Positions 18,367-27,293 of a stretch of DNA of 64,000 nt are shown piece after piece; the first letter of the stretch is position 1, and each line of letters opens with the position of its first letter. Source of the DNA: Gammaproteobacteria bacterium. GTDB taxonomy: Bacteria > Pseudomonadota > Gammaproteobacteria > Eutrophobiales > Eutrophobiaceae. A program made the translations under genes and the position numbers. Under the pieces are notes generated by a model that had not been told where the DNA came from, searched no databases, and worked only from the letters and a program-made list of their open reading frames with translations. The stretch lies in the NCBI GenBank assembly GCA_965601665.1, contig OZ271833.1, positions 5,092-69,091 of the forward strand, in the 5' to 3' direction.

Positions 18367-19416
18367 TTAATTTAACCCATCCATTATTCCATTCTTGTTC
18401 GCATTGATTGTTTTAAGATAGTCAGCGTAGCCCAGAAATTCCTTTTCGTAACACTCCAGTGCCTTACGCAAATCATTGTCAGCAATTATCGGAGATAATG
18501 CCCGCGCCAGCACGTTACAGTTCCATAAGCCGATAACAGGTTGCTCTCCAAACGCGTAGCGTCCTTTCTCATCATTACTGCTGCTCACAAAGTTCGTATC
18601 GTGGTTCTCGGTAAAACTTGCTTCACCAAGATCCAGCGTGATCCCCAGTATGGATTGATTATCGGTATTCATCATGCCATGCGTGAAGCCAACATGTTGC
18701 CAATGAGCAATCAAACGCGCGGTACGTTTAACAACCTCTGAAAAAAAGTCTGCGTACTTATTTTTTTCATCATGAATGCAGTCTGAATAATAATAGTGGA
18801 TGACATAATCTGTTAATTGTGTGAGTGCCGCAGTATTTCGTTGAAAATAATAATTCTCAAAAGTACCAAAACGAATGAAGCCTGGGGCGACACGCGTAAT
18901 GATGGCCGCAGGCTCAAATTGACCTCTATAAACCTGTTCCTTGCCCGATATAACGCACAGGCTATGTGTACATGGCACGCCGAGCTTGATTAATTGCTGG
19001 CTTAAGTCGAATTCTCGTAAGCAACCGCTCAAGCTGGCACGGCCGTCAAAGTCTCGTGAGTAAGGTGTTTGTCCTGCGCCTTTCAGATGACATTCCCAAA
19101 AACCGGTTTCATTTTCTGTATCGAATAACAATATGGCCCGGCCATCGCCGAGCATCGGGTTGAAGTTGCCTAGCTGATGGCCTGCATAATCCTGTGCTAA
19201 TGGTTTGCTATCAGGAATTATCTTGTTCCCGCTAAACACCTGTAGAAATAGATCTGACTCGGTTTCATCTGCCGATAACCCTAACAATGTTGCCGTAATT
19301 GAATTAACAGTTTCGAACTCAGGATCGGTTAAACCCTGTGGCTGGAATTCGCAGTAGAAATGGTCGCCGAGTGAATAAAAGCGGTTTTTTACCGTGAGGT
19401 CTGTGAAAGAACCCAT
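18367..19416 (-). CDS. SelO/YdiU-family protein adenylyltransferase homologue, C-terminally short (349 aa against about 480)
   Basis: PLAQDYAGHQLGNFNPMLGDGRAILL and GFTHGMMNTDNQSILGITLD match SelO kinase-like core; ends near the position equivalent to about aa 365 of E. coli YdiU. Confidence 0.65.
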   Translation of the reverse strand: MGSFTDLTVKNRFYSLGDHFYCEFQPQGLTDPEFETVNSITATLLGLSADETESDLFLQVFSGNKIIPDSKPLAQDYAGHQLGNFNPMLGDGRAILLFDTENETGFWECHLKGAGQTPYSRDFDGRASLSGCLREFDLSQQLIKLGVPCTHSLCVISGKEQVYRGQFEPAAIITRVAPGFIRFGTFENYYFQRNTAALTQLTDYVIHYYYSDCIHDEKNKYADFFSEVVKRTARLIAHWQHVGFTHGMMNTDNQSILGITLDLGEASFTENHDTNFVSSSNDEKGRYAFGEQPVIGLWNCNVLARALSPIIADNDLRKALECYEKEFLGYADYLKTINANKNGIMDGLN

Positions 19417-19451
19417 ATGAATTACATCTGCGTCCTGCGAAAGCTATATAA

Positions 19452-19482
19452 AAAAAGGCCCCGGATTACCGGGGCCTTTTCC
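19452..19482. terminator. bidirectional intrinsic terminator
   Basis: GGCCCCGG-atta-CCGGGGCC flanked by A-run and T-run, between convergent SelO-like and aldehyde dehydrogenase genes. Confidence 0.7.
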
Positions 19483-19496
19483 AGAGTGTTGAAGAC

Positions 19497-21017
19497 CTAG
19501 AAGAAACCCAGTGGATTGATGTCGTAACTTACCAACATATTTTTTGTCTGTTGGTAATGGTCAAGCATCATCTTGTGTGTTTCACGACCAACGCCAGACT
19601 TTTTGTAACCACCAAAGGCAGCGTGAGCTGGATACTGGTGATAGCAGTTCATCCAAACTCGACCAGCCTGAATACCCCTGCCCATACGATAGGCCCGGTT
19701 GGTATCACGGGTCCAGACGCCGGCACCAAGACCAAACTCGGTGTCATTGGCGATAGCCAGTGCTTCTGCCTCGTCCTTGAACGTCGTTACTGAAACGACA
19801 GGTCCGAAGATTTCTTCCTGGAAAACGCGCATCTTGTTGTTGCCTTTAAGGAGCGTCGGCTTGATATAAAACCCGTCACATTGTGCACCTTCCAGAGATT
19901 CAGCTTCACCGCCTACCAGTACCTGCGCACCTTCGTCTCGGCCGATCTTGATATAGTTGAGGATCTGGTCGAATTGTTCCTGGGAGGCCTGTGCGCCTAC
20001 CATGACATCGGTATCAAGCGGGTTACCCCGTTTGATATCGCCAATGCGTTTTACAACCAGCTCGATGAACTGTTCGTAGATTGATTCCTGCACCAGCATA
20101 CGTGATGGGCACGTGCACACTTCGCCCTGGTTAAAGAAAGCGAGTACTGCGCCCTCTACAGCCTTACTGACGAAATCGTCTTCCTGGTCCATGATATCTT
20201 CAAAGAATACGTTCGGTGATTTACCACCCAGCTCCACGGTAGAAGGAATGATATTGTCAGCAGCATATTTCATGATCATGGAGCCTACCGGCGTAGAGCC
20301 GGTGAAAGCGATCTTGCTGATACGCGTACTCGTAGCCAGCGCCTTACCTGCCTCAGCACCAAAACCGTTTACAATATTCAGCACACCTTTTGGTAACAGG
20401 TCACTGATCAATTCGGCAAGAACCAGAATTGATGCCGGGGTTTGTTCTGCCGGTTTCATGATAATGCAGTTGCCTGCTGCAAGCGCGGGCGCCAGCTTCC
20501 ACGCTGCCATCAATAGTGGAAAGTTCCAGGGAATGATTTGACCTACGACGCCCAACGGTTCATGAAAGTGATAGGCAACCGTATTTTCATCAATTTCACT
20601 TAGGGAGCCTTCCTGTGACCTTAAGCATCCTGCGAAATAGCGGAAGTGGTCTGCAGACAGCGGCACATCGGCGTTGAGTGTTTCTCGAATTGCCTTCCCG
20701 TTGTCCCATGTTTCGGCGACAGCCAGCTTTTCCAGGTTTTCATCGATTCGGTCAGCAATTTTCAACAGTATATTTGAACGTGCTGCAGGTGAGGTACTCG
20801 CCCATTCGTCTTTCACTGCATGTGCCGCATCAAGCGCTTGTTCGATATCTTCATCGGTTGAGCGAGGTATTTTACAAAAGGCCTTGCCATTTACAGGGGA
20901 TATATTGTCAAAATATTCTCCCTTGGCAGGGGCTACCCATTCACCACCAATAAAGTTGTCATATTGCGGTTTGAAATCCACTACCGCGCCGTCTGTATTT
21001 GGATCAGAATAAATCAT
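19497..21017 (-). CDS. NAD(P)-dependent aldehyde dehydrogenase (AldB-like)
   Basis: 506 aa; ALDH family catalytic region (ELGGKSP, conserved Cys in VCTCPSR context). Confidence 0.85.
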   Translation of the reverse strand: MIYSDPNTDGAVVDFKPQYDNFIGGEWVAPAKGEYFDNISPVNGKAFCKIPRSTDEDIEQALDAAHAVKDEWASTSPAARSNILLKIADRIDENLEKLAVAETWDNGKAIRETLNADVPLSADHFRYFAGCLRSQEGSLSEIDENTVAYHFHEPLGVVGQIIPWNFPLLMAAWKLAPALAAGNCIIMKPAEQTPASILVLAELISDLLPKGVLNIVNGFGAEAGKALATSTRISKIAFTGSTPVGSMIMKYAADNIIPSTVELGGKSPNVFFEDIMDQEDDFVSKAVEGAVLAFFNQGEVCTCPSRMLVQESIYEQFIELVVKRIGDIKRGNPLDTDVMVGAQASQEQFDQILNYIKIGRDEGAQVLVGGEAESLEGAQCDGFYIKPTLLKGNNKMRVFQEEIFGPVVSVTTFKDEAEALAIANDTEFGLGAGVWTRDTNRAYRMGRGIQAGRVWMNCYHQYPAHAAFGGYKKSGVGRETHKMMLDHYQQTKNMLVSYDINPLGFF

Positions 21018-21103
21018 GATTGCTATCCTCCTCTAATTACTCTGATAGTTATAGTTAACCGGTTTCTGGTGTCTTCAATAAACCAGAAGTGTTGCAAGGC
21101 CGA

Positions 21104-21403
21104 TTAATGTATTTTTCCGTCAGAATTTTTTATCTGCGTACAATTGAAGGCGCAACGAGCTCTCGCCTGGAGAAGTTCGTCACGCCAGATTGTTTGTGCC
21201 TGCATTACCACTACCTCAACGACCGGGTTGGCGGAAAACTCAGGATGTGTCTGTATTTGTTTCATCATATGCACCAGCGCCATGGCATGATTCACCGATG
21301 GTTCTTTGACGTAACAGGACATCAATCGTACTAGTGATGACAGAAGGGCACATAGATCTGGAAATTCGGCTGGGTCTTTATCTTTACTGAACTTATTTTG
21401 CAT
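21104..21403 (-). CDS. small Cys-containing hypothetical protein (99 aa), putatively Fur-regulated
   Basis: ORF with two Fur-box-like palindromes 45-130 bp upstream. Confidence 0.4.
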   Translation of the reverse strand: MQNKFSKDKDPAEFPDLCALLSSLVRLMSCYVKEPSVNHAMALVHMMKQIQTHPEFSANPVVEVVVMQAQTIWRDELLQARARCAFNCTQIKNSDGKIH

Positions 21404-21444
21404 ATTTACTGACGACGTCTTTTACATCGACATTCCTTATCTTA

Positions 21445-21460
21445 TTGATATTGTTATCAA
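21445..21460. promoter_or_regulatory. Fur-box-like palindrome TTGATATTGTTATCAA
   Basis: TGATA...TATCA inverted repeat resembling Fur 7-1-7 sites. Confidence 0.35.
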
Positions 21461-21521
21461 TATATTTTCTGAAACAGTTTTCAGCTTGCTCTATATTTTA
21501 ATGTACAAATATTAATATAAA

Positions 21522-21536
21522 TGATAATCGTTATCA
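21522..21536. promoter_or_regulatory. Fur box TGATAATCGTTATCA
   Basis: 14/15 match to the TGATAATnATTATCA Fur consensus. Confidence 0.5.
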
Positions 21537-21663
21537 ATATAAAGCAGTCGAAATGCAATAATTAGTTCTCTGTAGTGCCGGGAAAGAACAGCCGTAATCG
21601 GCATGATTACGGAGTTAAATGACAAAAGGATGGTTTTATTATGTCGTTGCAGTGTCTATTTCA

Positions 21664-21690
21664 AATATAAAAGATGACCGTCCCTGGTCA
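21664..21690 (-). terminator. intrinsic terminator of the heme operon (after the globin gene)
   Basis: hairpin TGACC-gtccct-GGTCA followed on the minus strand by TCTTTTATATTT. Confidence 0.55.
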
Positions 21691-21703
21691 CCATCATCTT
21701 GAT

Positions 21704-22117
21704 CTATGCGGCTTGTTTTGTTGCATCTATCATCACACCTGCAAGTGTCATGTAGGTTTCAGTCCATGCCGCTTTAACATCCTCGGTAAATCCATCTCCA
21801 AGCCCTTGCTCTAATGTCCATAATAACGCAGTGGCGACCTTGGCGTAGTCTTCTTCTTTTACACCGTAGCCGGCATGGCGTTTACCCATATCCTGTACCG
21901 CAGGAATGATGCTTTCCAGGTCATTCAGACTGCCTACGGCAGTATCAAGCATGGTCATGAGTTTCTTGCCTTGTTCCGTCATGTCATGGGTGAAAAGTGG
22001 TTTTACTTCAGGTGATAATTCAAACAACCTCGCATAAAACATTGCGGCCGCTTGTTCTGAAATCGGTTTTACCTGTGCCCATGTACTGGTAACCAGATCA
22101 ATTTGTTGTGGAGTCAT
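21704..22117 (-). CDS. single-domain bacterial hemoglobin (VHb-like, 3-on-3 globin), cytoplasmic
   Basis: 137 aa, no signal peptide; FYARLFELSPEVKPLF, distal Gln (QGKKL), proximal His (KRHAGYGV) align with Vitreoscilla hemoglobin, recalled from memory. Confidence 0.85.
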   Translation of the reverse strand: MTPQQIDLVTSTWAQVKPISEQAAAMFYARLFELSPEVKPLFTHDMTEQGKKLMTMLDTAVGSLNDLESIIPAVQDMGKRHAGYGVKEEDYAKVATALLWTLEQGLGDGFTEDVKAAWTETYMTLAGVMIDATKQAA

Positions 22118-22140
22118 TGTGTTGTCCTCGTAAGGTAGTT

Positions 22141-22506
22141 TTAAGGTTTGTGACTTTTTGCCAATTCGACCATGTAGTCCACAGCCGCCTTGACTTCTTC
22201 ATCTGTCAACTCAGGATTTCCACCGCGTTCGGGCATCATGCTGTCATCGGGACCAAAGAATCCATTGATAGCATGTTCGTAAAGTACTTCCTTGCCCTTA
22301 TCGATGCGAAAACCCCATTCTTCATAATCAAGGGGGATAGGTGCACCTGCTATCCCCCAGCCATGACAGCCCTCGCACGTGTCCATCCAGATTGCCTTTG
22401 CCTTGATTAAATGCGCGTCATCAAAATCCTTGTAACGGGATTTATCTTCAGCTTGAACAATCGAAGTAAAAAACAATATTGAAATAACAAGTGTGAGGGC
22501 ACGCAT
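22141..22506 (-). CDS. periplasmic class I monoheme cytochrome c (c5/c552-like)
   Basis: signal peptide, CEGCHG heme site, MPERGGNP Met-ligand region. Confidence 0.8.
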   Translation of the reverse strand: MRALTLVISILFFTSIVQAEDKSRYKDFDDAHLIKAKAIWMDTCEGCHGWGIAGAPIPLDYEEWGFRIDKGKEVLYEHAINGFFGPDDSMMPERGGNPELTDEEVKAAVDYMVELAKSHKP

Positions 22507-22510
22507 CGTA

Positions 22511-23098
22511 TTAACCCTTAACCGGTATACGAATCACGACGCCGCCCATGACATCGCCAAGTTTGAAATCACTCTTGGGCGTATCCTTGTGCTCGTTATG
22601 GCAACTGACACATACCGGTGCTACGGCGGGGTCAGCATAAACGGCAGTGAAATAAGTGGTACCACCAAGTTCTTCTACACCGTAGTAGTTCTCACCCTTG
22701 TTTTCGGCAACATAGGCAAGGCCAGCTTTTTCTACCTCCGTGCGTGGTGCATTTTGCTTGTTGATAGGCCACAACGATTGCAGCGAATAGGTGAACTGGT
22801 CGGTCTTTTTGGAAACTTCTTCAGCACCAAAACGGAACATCTGTGCCGGTAACACCAGTGCCTTGTCATCTTCGAAGTGTTCGCTGGCCTTGATGACCTT
22901 ATCTTTCTTGACTAGTCTGTTCACAATTTTTTTTGTGTAGACAGCGCGGTCAGTTGACATTACCAGGTGTAACCAGTCCGCCAATTGCTTGGGTGTGAAT
23001 GTAGGGGTTTCCGCGATTTCCGATGAAGCAGTTAGCGGTATAGCCAGAACTGCGACGATCGAACTCGTCAGTAACACTTTTTTTAGTCTAGACATCAT
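22511..23098 (-). CDS. periplasmic DUF3365 (Tll0287-like) PAS-like heme-c protein
   Basis: signal peptide; single CVSCH near the C-terminus; SLWPINKQNAPRTEVEKAGL and GDVMGGVVIRIPV resemble the DUF3365 signature (..SLKPRNP.N.PD.WE.. and ..GDLRGAISV.IP). Confidence 0.6.
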   Translation of the reverse strand: MMSRLKKVLLTSSIVAVLAIPLTASSEIAETPTFTPKQLADWLHLVMSTDRAVYTKKIVNRLVKKDKVIKASEHFEDDKALVLPAQMFRFGAEEVSKKTDQFTYSLQSLWPINKQNAPRTEVEKAGLAYVAENKGENYYGVEELGGTTYFTAVYADPAVAPVCVSCHNEHKDTPKSDFKLGDVMGGVVIRIPVKG

Positions 23099-23129
23099 AC
23101 TTCTCCTGTAGAAATGACAGTATTACGGT

Positions 23130-24566
23130 TTAAAACAATTCATTATTTTGCTGTTCACGAAGACGCTTTTTCTTTTCCTCTGCCTCAATCATCCGAACCT
23201 CGGCCATATCCATGCTTTCAATATGCACCGATGGTTGTCCGGAAAAATTATTTTTAATCAGTGCCAGATCAGCGAGTGCATCGATACTGAAGCCAAGGCT
23301 ATGGCAGTCCATGCAAACAGGTCTGATCATCTTTTCATTCGGTTTAAGCGTATCGTTCTGGTTATGCTGAACGATGCCCATATAAAACATGCCGTCCATG
23401 AATTCCTTTTCTATCCGTGGCATATGACAGGTAGCGCAGGTGACACCACTGTGTTCCGGTAGCTCGCCAACCTGTTCCTTTTTCCAGAGCTCGTGGTGCG
23501 GGGAATCGATATACGCCAGGCTATGTTCATCATTATGGCAACCCAGGCAGGCATCGATGGATGCGATTTTCGTATCGTAATCATGAGCACCATGACAGCT
23601 GTTGCAGGTTAGCTCCTCGTGTTTTGCGTCCTTTTTCATTGGCAGTTTTGCCATGGCAGGTGTCATGGGTGAAAGGTCGCGCTCCAGTTTTTCCACATCG
23701 AGACGCATACCGTGTTTACCTATGAGAAAGCCATCAACTTCTGGTGTGTGACAAGTTGCACAGGCCTTGTGGTCTGGCTTGTTCACCCAGACCGTTTCTT
23801 CCTCGATAGTTTGCTGATGGCAGGCATTACAATTCACACCGCTGTTGGCATGTGCAGTGTCGTACCAGGAATGGACGATCTCTATATCTACATCGATGTC
23901 CTGTGGGTAAACGGCTTCAACCAGTTTCAACCTCTCCAGTGGATAGTCCCTGCTGGGATAGTCGGGCAATACTGCTGCGTATTCAGCCAGGTTCAAATCA
24001 GGAGGTAGTTCCTGTCTATCCAGTATGTCGGGTTTATGCAGATGCTTGACCAGATAGTCTTCATACAGCGCCTGGTTGTCGTGATAATTGTGACAGCCGG
24101 CTGATGCACAGGTATCAAAGGCCATCCCTTCGTGGCTGGGTCTTTCCTTGGCAATGTCGTTGTGGCAAAGGTTGCAATAGTCCGGTGGCATGGTCAGGCC
24201 CATGTCCTGTGTGATTTCAGGATTGTGCTCCACGTGACAGGTGACGCAGTAGCGGGCGTCGAGTATTTCTACCCGGTCGGCATTCCTTGGATCGGTAAAT
24301 TTACTCTTTGGATGTTTATCCTTGTTTTCTTTCAATGCATCGCCATGGCAATTCATGCAGGCATTTTGTATCGCTTCTTCATCGGCGAACGATTCGCTAT
24401 GGCAGGCATTGCAGGCGAGTTCAATCTGGTGATGGCCATGGGTGGTTTCACCAGGAAGGAAAATGCTTTTATCTGCTGCCTTGTTATTAATCTTCATTAC
24501 CAGGTACGTTGTTAATGCAATCGTTAATAAAATCCATGTCAGCCATAGCCACGTGTTTCTTTTCAC
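23130..24566 (-). CDS. membrane-anchored multiheme c-type cytochrome (10 CxxCH plus one CX4CH-like CASAGCH)
   Basis: N-terminal TM anchor, then CNACH, CMNCH, CVTCH, CNLCH, CASAGCH, CNACH, CATCH, CNSCH, CLGCH, CATCH, CMDCH. Confidence 0.85.
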   Translation of the reverse strand: MKRNTWLWLTWILLTIALTTYLVMKINNKAADKSIFLPGETTHGHHQIELACNACHSESFADEEAIQNACMNCHGDALKENKDKHPKSKFTDPRNADRVEILDARYCVTCHVEHNPEITQDMGLTMPPDYCNLCHNDIAKERPSHEGMAFDTCASAGCHNYHDNQALYEDYLVKHLHKPDILDRQELPPDLNLAEYAAVLPDYPSRDYPLERLKLVEAVYPQDIDVDIEIVHSWYDTAHANSGVNCNACHQQTIEEETVWVNKPDHKACATCHTPEVDGFLIGKHGMRLDVEKLERDLSPMTPAMAKLPMKKDAKHEELTCNSCHGAHDYDTKIASIDACLGCHNDEHSLAYIDSPHHELWKKEQVGELPEHSGVTCATCHMPRIEKEFMDGMFYMGIVQHNQNDTLKPNEKMIRPVCMDCHSLGFSIDALADLALIKNNFSGQPSVHIESMDMAEVRMIEAEEKKKRLREQQNNELF

Positions 24567-24588
24567 CTAACTTGAATCCTTTCAATGC

Positions 24589-26604
24589 CTAGAAGTAATA
24601 GGTTTTGAAGATGTGAAAACCAAGCAAAACGGGGATTGGCCAGAACAACAGGATATGCAACCAGTTACCAAGGCTTCGAACCTGTCTGACTGTCCTGGCT
24701 TCCAGTTTGTGTTCAAGCGCTATGACCGAACCAACCACGGTGCCCACCAGTAGCAGCGCGGTAAAACTCATCATCAACAGGAAATTAATGTTGTCGCCAA
24801 GGCGAAAGCCGGTATGCACGAGTAAAGCAAAGATCGCAGAACCGCCTAACAAGGCATGCAGCAGTCTCCAGATTGGAAAGTCACCCCAACTGAACCATTT
24901 AATTCGTTTGCGCAATGAAAGGATTAACACCAACGTGGTCATGCCCAGTAGCGTAAAGCCGCTGATTTGTTTAAACAGGCTATCTGTCCACAGCATGTCC
25001 CAGCGCCAGGGAACCTGTACGGTGCTGTTATACGGCACCGCGGGTAACAGGTAGGCAATAGCACACATGATGAAAATTACTGCCGAGCCATACCACAAGG
25101 GTTTCCATGCCCTGACAGGTTCGATATCTTTCTGGCCCAGCATGTTAACCAGCAAAGGTTTGCATGACCCGCATACCGTCGATGCGCCTGTTTTTTCAGC
25201 CAGCGCCTGTACCGTGCTGCATCCGTTCTCAATCTCCTTAGCTAGATAGCCGCGGGACAGGCCATTGCAGGAACAAATGGTTGCCTCGGCTGGCCAAAGG
25301 TTTACTTCTTCAAGACTGTCACTGTCCCACAGCTCGCCAGTTTCAACGAAGTGTTTTAGTTGCCAGGGGAAGAGTAATTTGCCTTTCTTTACATGTTCTT
25401 TAAGTTGAATCAGCTCGGCCCATTCACCAATGGCGATCACGCCGAGCAGCTGACCACGATATACATTCAGGCGTCGATAGAGTTTGTCCTTTTGGAAAAT
25501 ATACTGCGTGTAGGTACGCGTGCTTTCGTCAACGTCGCCCATGCTAAATACTGGCAGACCAACAACTTTAAGGCTGGTTGCCAGTACCGTGCCCTTGTAC
25601 TTACTGGGTATACTGGCGATATTGCGGGCAGCAATGCCTGCCTGTTCAAAACCGGGCGCAACAATGCCGTACACTTCGCCCAGGTGTTCACAACATTCAC
25701 CAATAGCATAAATATCGGGATCGCTGGTCTGCATACTGTCATTGACCTTGATGCCACGACCAAAGGCCAGTTTTGACTGCCTGGCCAATTCAATGTTGGG
25801 TCGAATCCCGGTTGACACAATAAGCGTGTCGCAATGAATGGTTTCTCCAGATCGCAGTTCTATTGATCGGATTCGGTTTTCACTATCACCGTGTATCGCT
25901 TTGACACTATCTTGCAGATAGACATGAATACCCATGCTAATGACGTGCTGTTTGAATAGCTCTGCGGCTGTTTCATCAAGTTGACGGAACATTAAATAGC
26001 GGTTGTGTTCGATGACACTGACATCAGTACTATATCTTTGCATTGCCCTGGCTGCTTCCAGGCCAAGTAGCCCGCCACCCAGCACAACGGTACGGCGACT
26101 GCGGACGCGGCGCGCGATGAGTTTTTCTGCATCATCCATGCTGCGAAACTGGTAGATGCCTTCGAGATCGATGCCTGGTATTTCAGGAATGAATGGACTG
26201 GAACCAGTAGCAAGGATTAGTTGCTCGTATTCCTGTACATTGCCATATTCATCCTCAATAAGTTTGTTCTCACGGTCTATGCGCTCTACACGGCAATTAA
26301 AACGCTGGATGAGTAGACTTGAATCAGTATTCGCACCGGTAATGACGATGTCTTCGTGGTTTACCTCACCGGCAAGCAAAGACGATAACCTCACACGGTT
26401 GTAAGGGACCCATGATTCATCACCATAAATAACGACAGGTTGCCCGGTTGAATAATCAAGCAACTCACTGACGAAACGCATACCAACCGGGCCACTGCCA
26501 ATGATGACAATGGGCTTTTGGCCATTCATAAGAATGCTTTCCGCTTGTCTTGTATCCAGTTTTAATGCTGTATTCACAATTTTCTGACCCAAAAAAAACG
26601 CCAC
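24589..26604 (-). CDS. fusion of a NirB-type FAD/NAD(P)H oxidoreductase, a BFD-like [2Fe-2S] domain and a C-terminal 5-TM di-heme-b (ferric-reductase-like) membrane domain
   Basis: IVIIGSGPVGMRF dinucleotide fold, GGGLLGLEAA second Rossmann, CSCNG...CGSCKP BFD motif, then 5 predicted TM helices with His pairs H-x13-H in two helices (LLHALLGGSAIFALLVH; WLHILLFWPIPVLLGFH). Confidence 0.75.
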   Translation of the reverse strand: MAFFLGQKIVNTALKLDTRQAESILMNGQKPIVIIGSGPVGMRFVSELLDYSTGQPVVIYGDESWVPYNRVRLSSLLAGEVNHEDIVITGANTDSSLLIQRFNCRVERIDRENKLIEDEYGNVQEYEQLILATGSSPFIPEIPGIDLEGIYQFRSMDDAEKLIARRVRSRRTVVLGGGLLGLEAARAMQRYSTDVSVIEHNRYLMFRQLDETAAELFKQHVISMGIHVYLQDSVKAIHGDSENRIRSIELRSGETIHCDTLIVSTGIRPNIELARQSKLAFGRGIKVNDSMQTSDPDIYAIGECCEHLGEVYGIVAPGFEQAGIAARNIASIPSKYKGTVLATSLKVVGLPVFSMGDVDESTRTYTQYIFQKDKLYRRLNVYRGQLLGVIAIGEWAELIQLKEHVKKGKLLFPWQLKHFVETGELWDSDSLEEVNLWPAEATICSCNGLSRGYLAKEIENGCSTVQALAEKTGASTVCGSCKPLLVNMLGQKDIEPVRAWKPLWYGSAVIFIMCAIAYLLPAVPYNSTVQVPWRWDMLWTDSLFKQISGFTLLGMTTLVLILSLRKRIKWFSWGDFPIWRLLHALLGGSAIFALLVHTGFRLGDNINFLLMMSFTALLLVGTVVGSVIALEHKLEARTVRQVRSLGNWLHILLFWPIPVLLGFHIFKTYYF

Positions 26605-27228
26605 AAGTCAATTGATAGCCAATCAACCATGTGACGCCTTTGTCCCTTAAATAATCGAGTAACTAAAACGTTACTGTTTCTACATATATCAATCCCGCCA
26701 TTAGGATCGCTAATTAGTTTGCAGAATTTATGCCATTAACTCATTCCCGTTTAAGTAATTGTTTTTCATGTAAATGAAAAATTTGTTATGTGCGTAAGCA
26801 GTATTTTTCTGCACTGTTTTGATTAACGCTGCATCATTATTGAACAAGACGAGTCTGCAAACGTGCTGCCAGTTTGACTTAATAATAAAAATGACAAGCA
26901 CAAAAATGCACATGTTTTTATCTGACCATTACTCTTTAACCTTCTACAACAAAATTTTAAGCCTGAAGTTGACCATGCATTAGCGTTAATAACGTGTTGT
27001 TGAAAATGTTTGGCACTTAAATCGGGCAAACAGGTTTAATTACGTTCTATTGTTGTGCATGACAAACTGGTCTTATTAAGGTTTGAAAATAAAAAATACA
27101 GGAATATCAGCTTGATATAATGTTGGCCTGGAATTTGCTGATTAGGATTACAAAACGTGGGAGTAATTATTTATTGCCCAGCGTTAAGTTGATTACAAAG
27201 GCGTAGTCACCGTATTGAATTGGTAAAG

Positions 27229-27268
27229 GAGCCACGCACAGCGTCATGTCTGTGCTGGCTTTTTTTTT
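27229..27268 (+). terminator. intrinsic terminator in the leader of the porin gene (candidate NasT/ANTAR-controlled attenuator)
   Basis: AGCCA-CGCACAG-cgtcatgt-CTGTG-CTGGCT followed by T9, 25 nt before the porin start; no upstream + strand gene to terminate. Confidence 0.6.
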
Positions 27269-27293
27269 GCTTTTTAAAAATGGGAGAACTTAA

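Noticed and set aside
21445-21460. TTGATATTGTTATCAA first read as an FNR/CRP-family site
   Set aside because: Half-site spacing does not fit TTGAT-N4-ATCAA. The sequence fits Fur-type GATAAT repeats better.
21537-21700. Possible Fur-regulated sRNA transcribed rightward from the Fur boxes
   Set aside because: No plus-strand intrinsic terminator. The only strong hairpin there is oriented as the minus-strand terminator of the globin operon.
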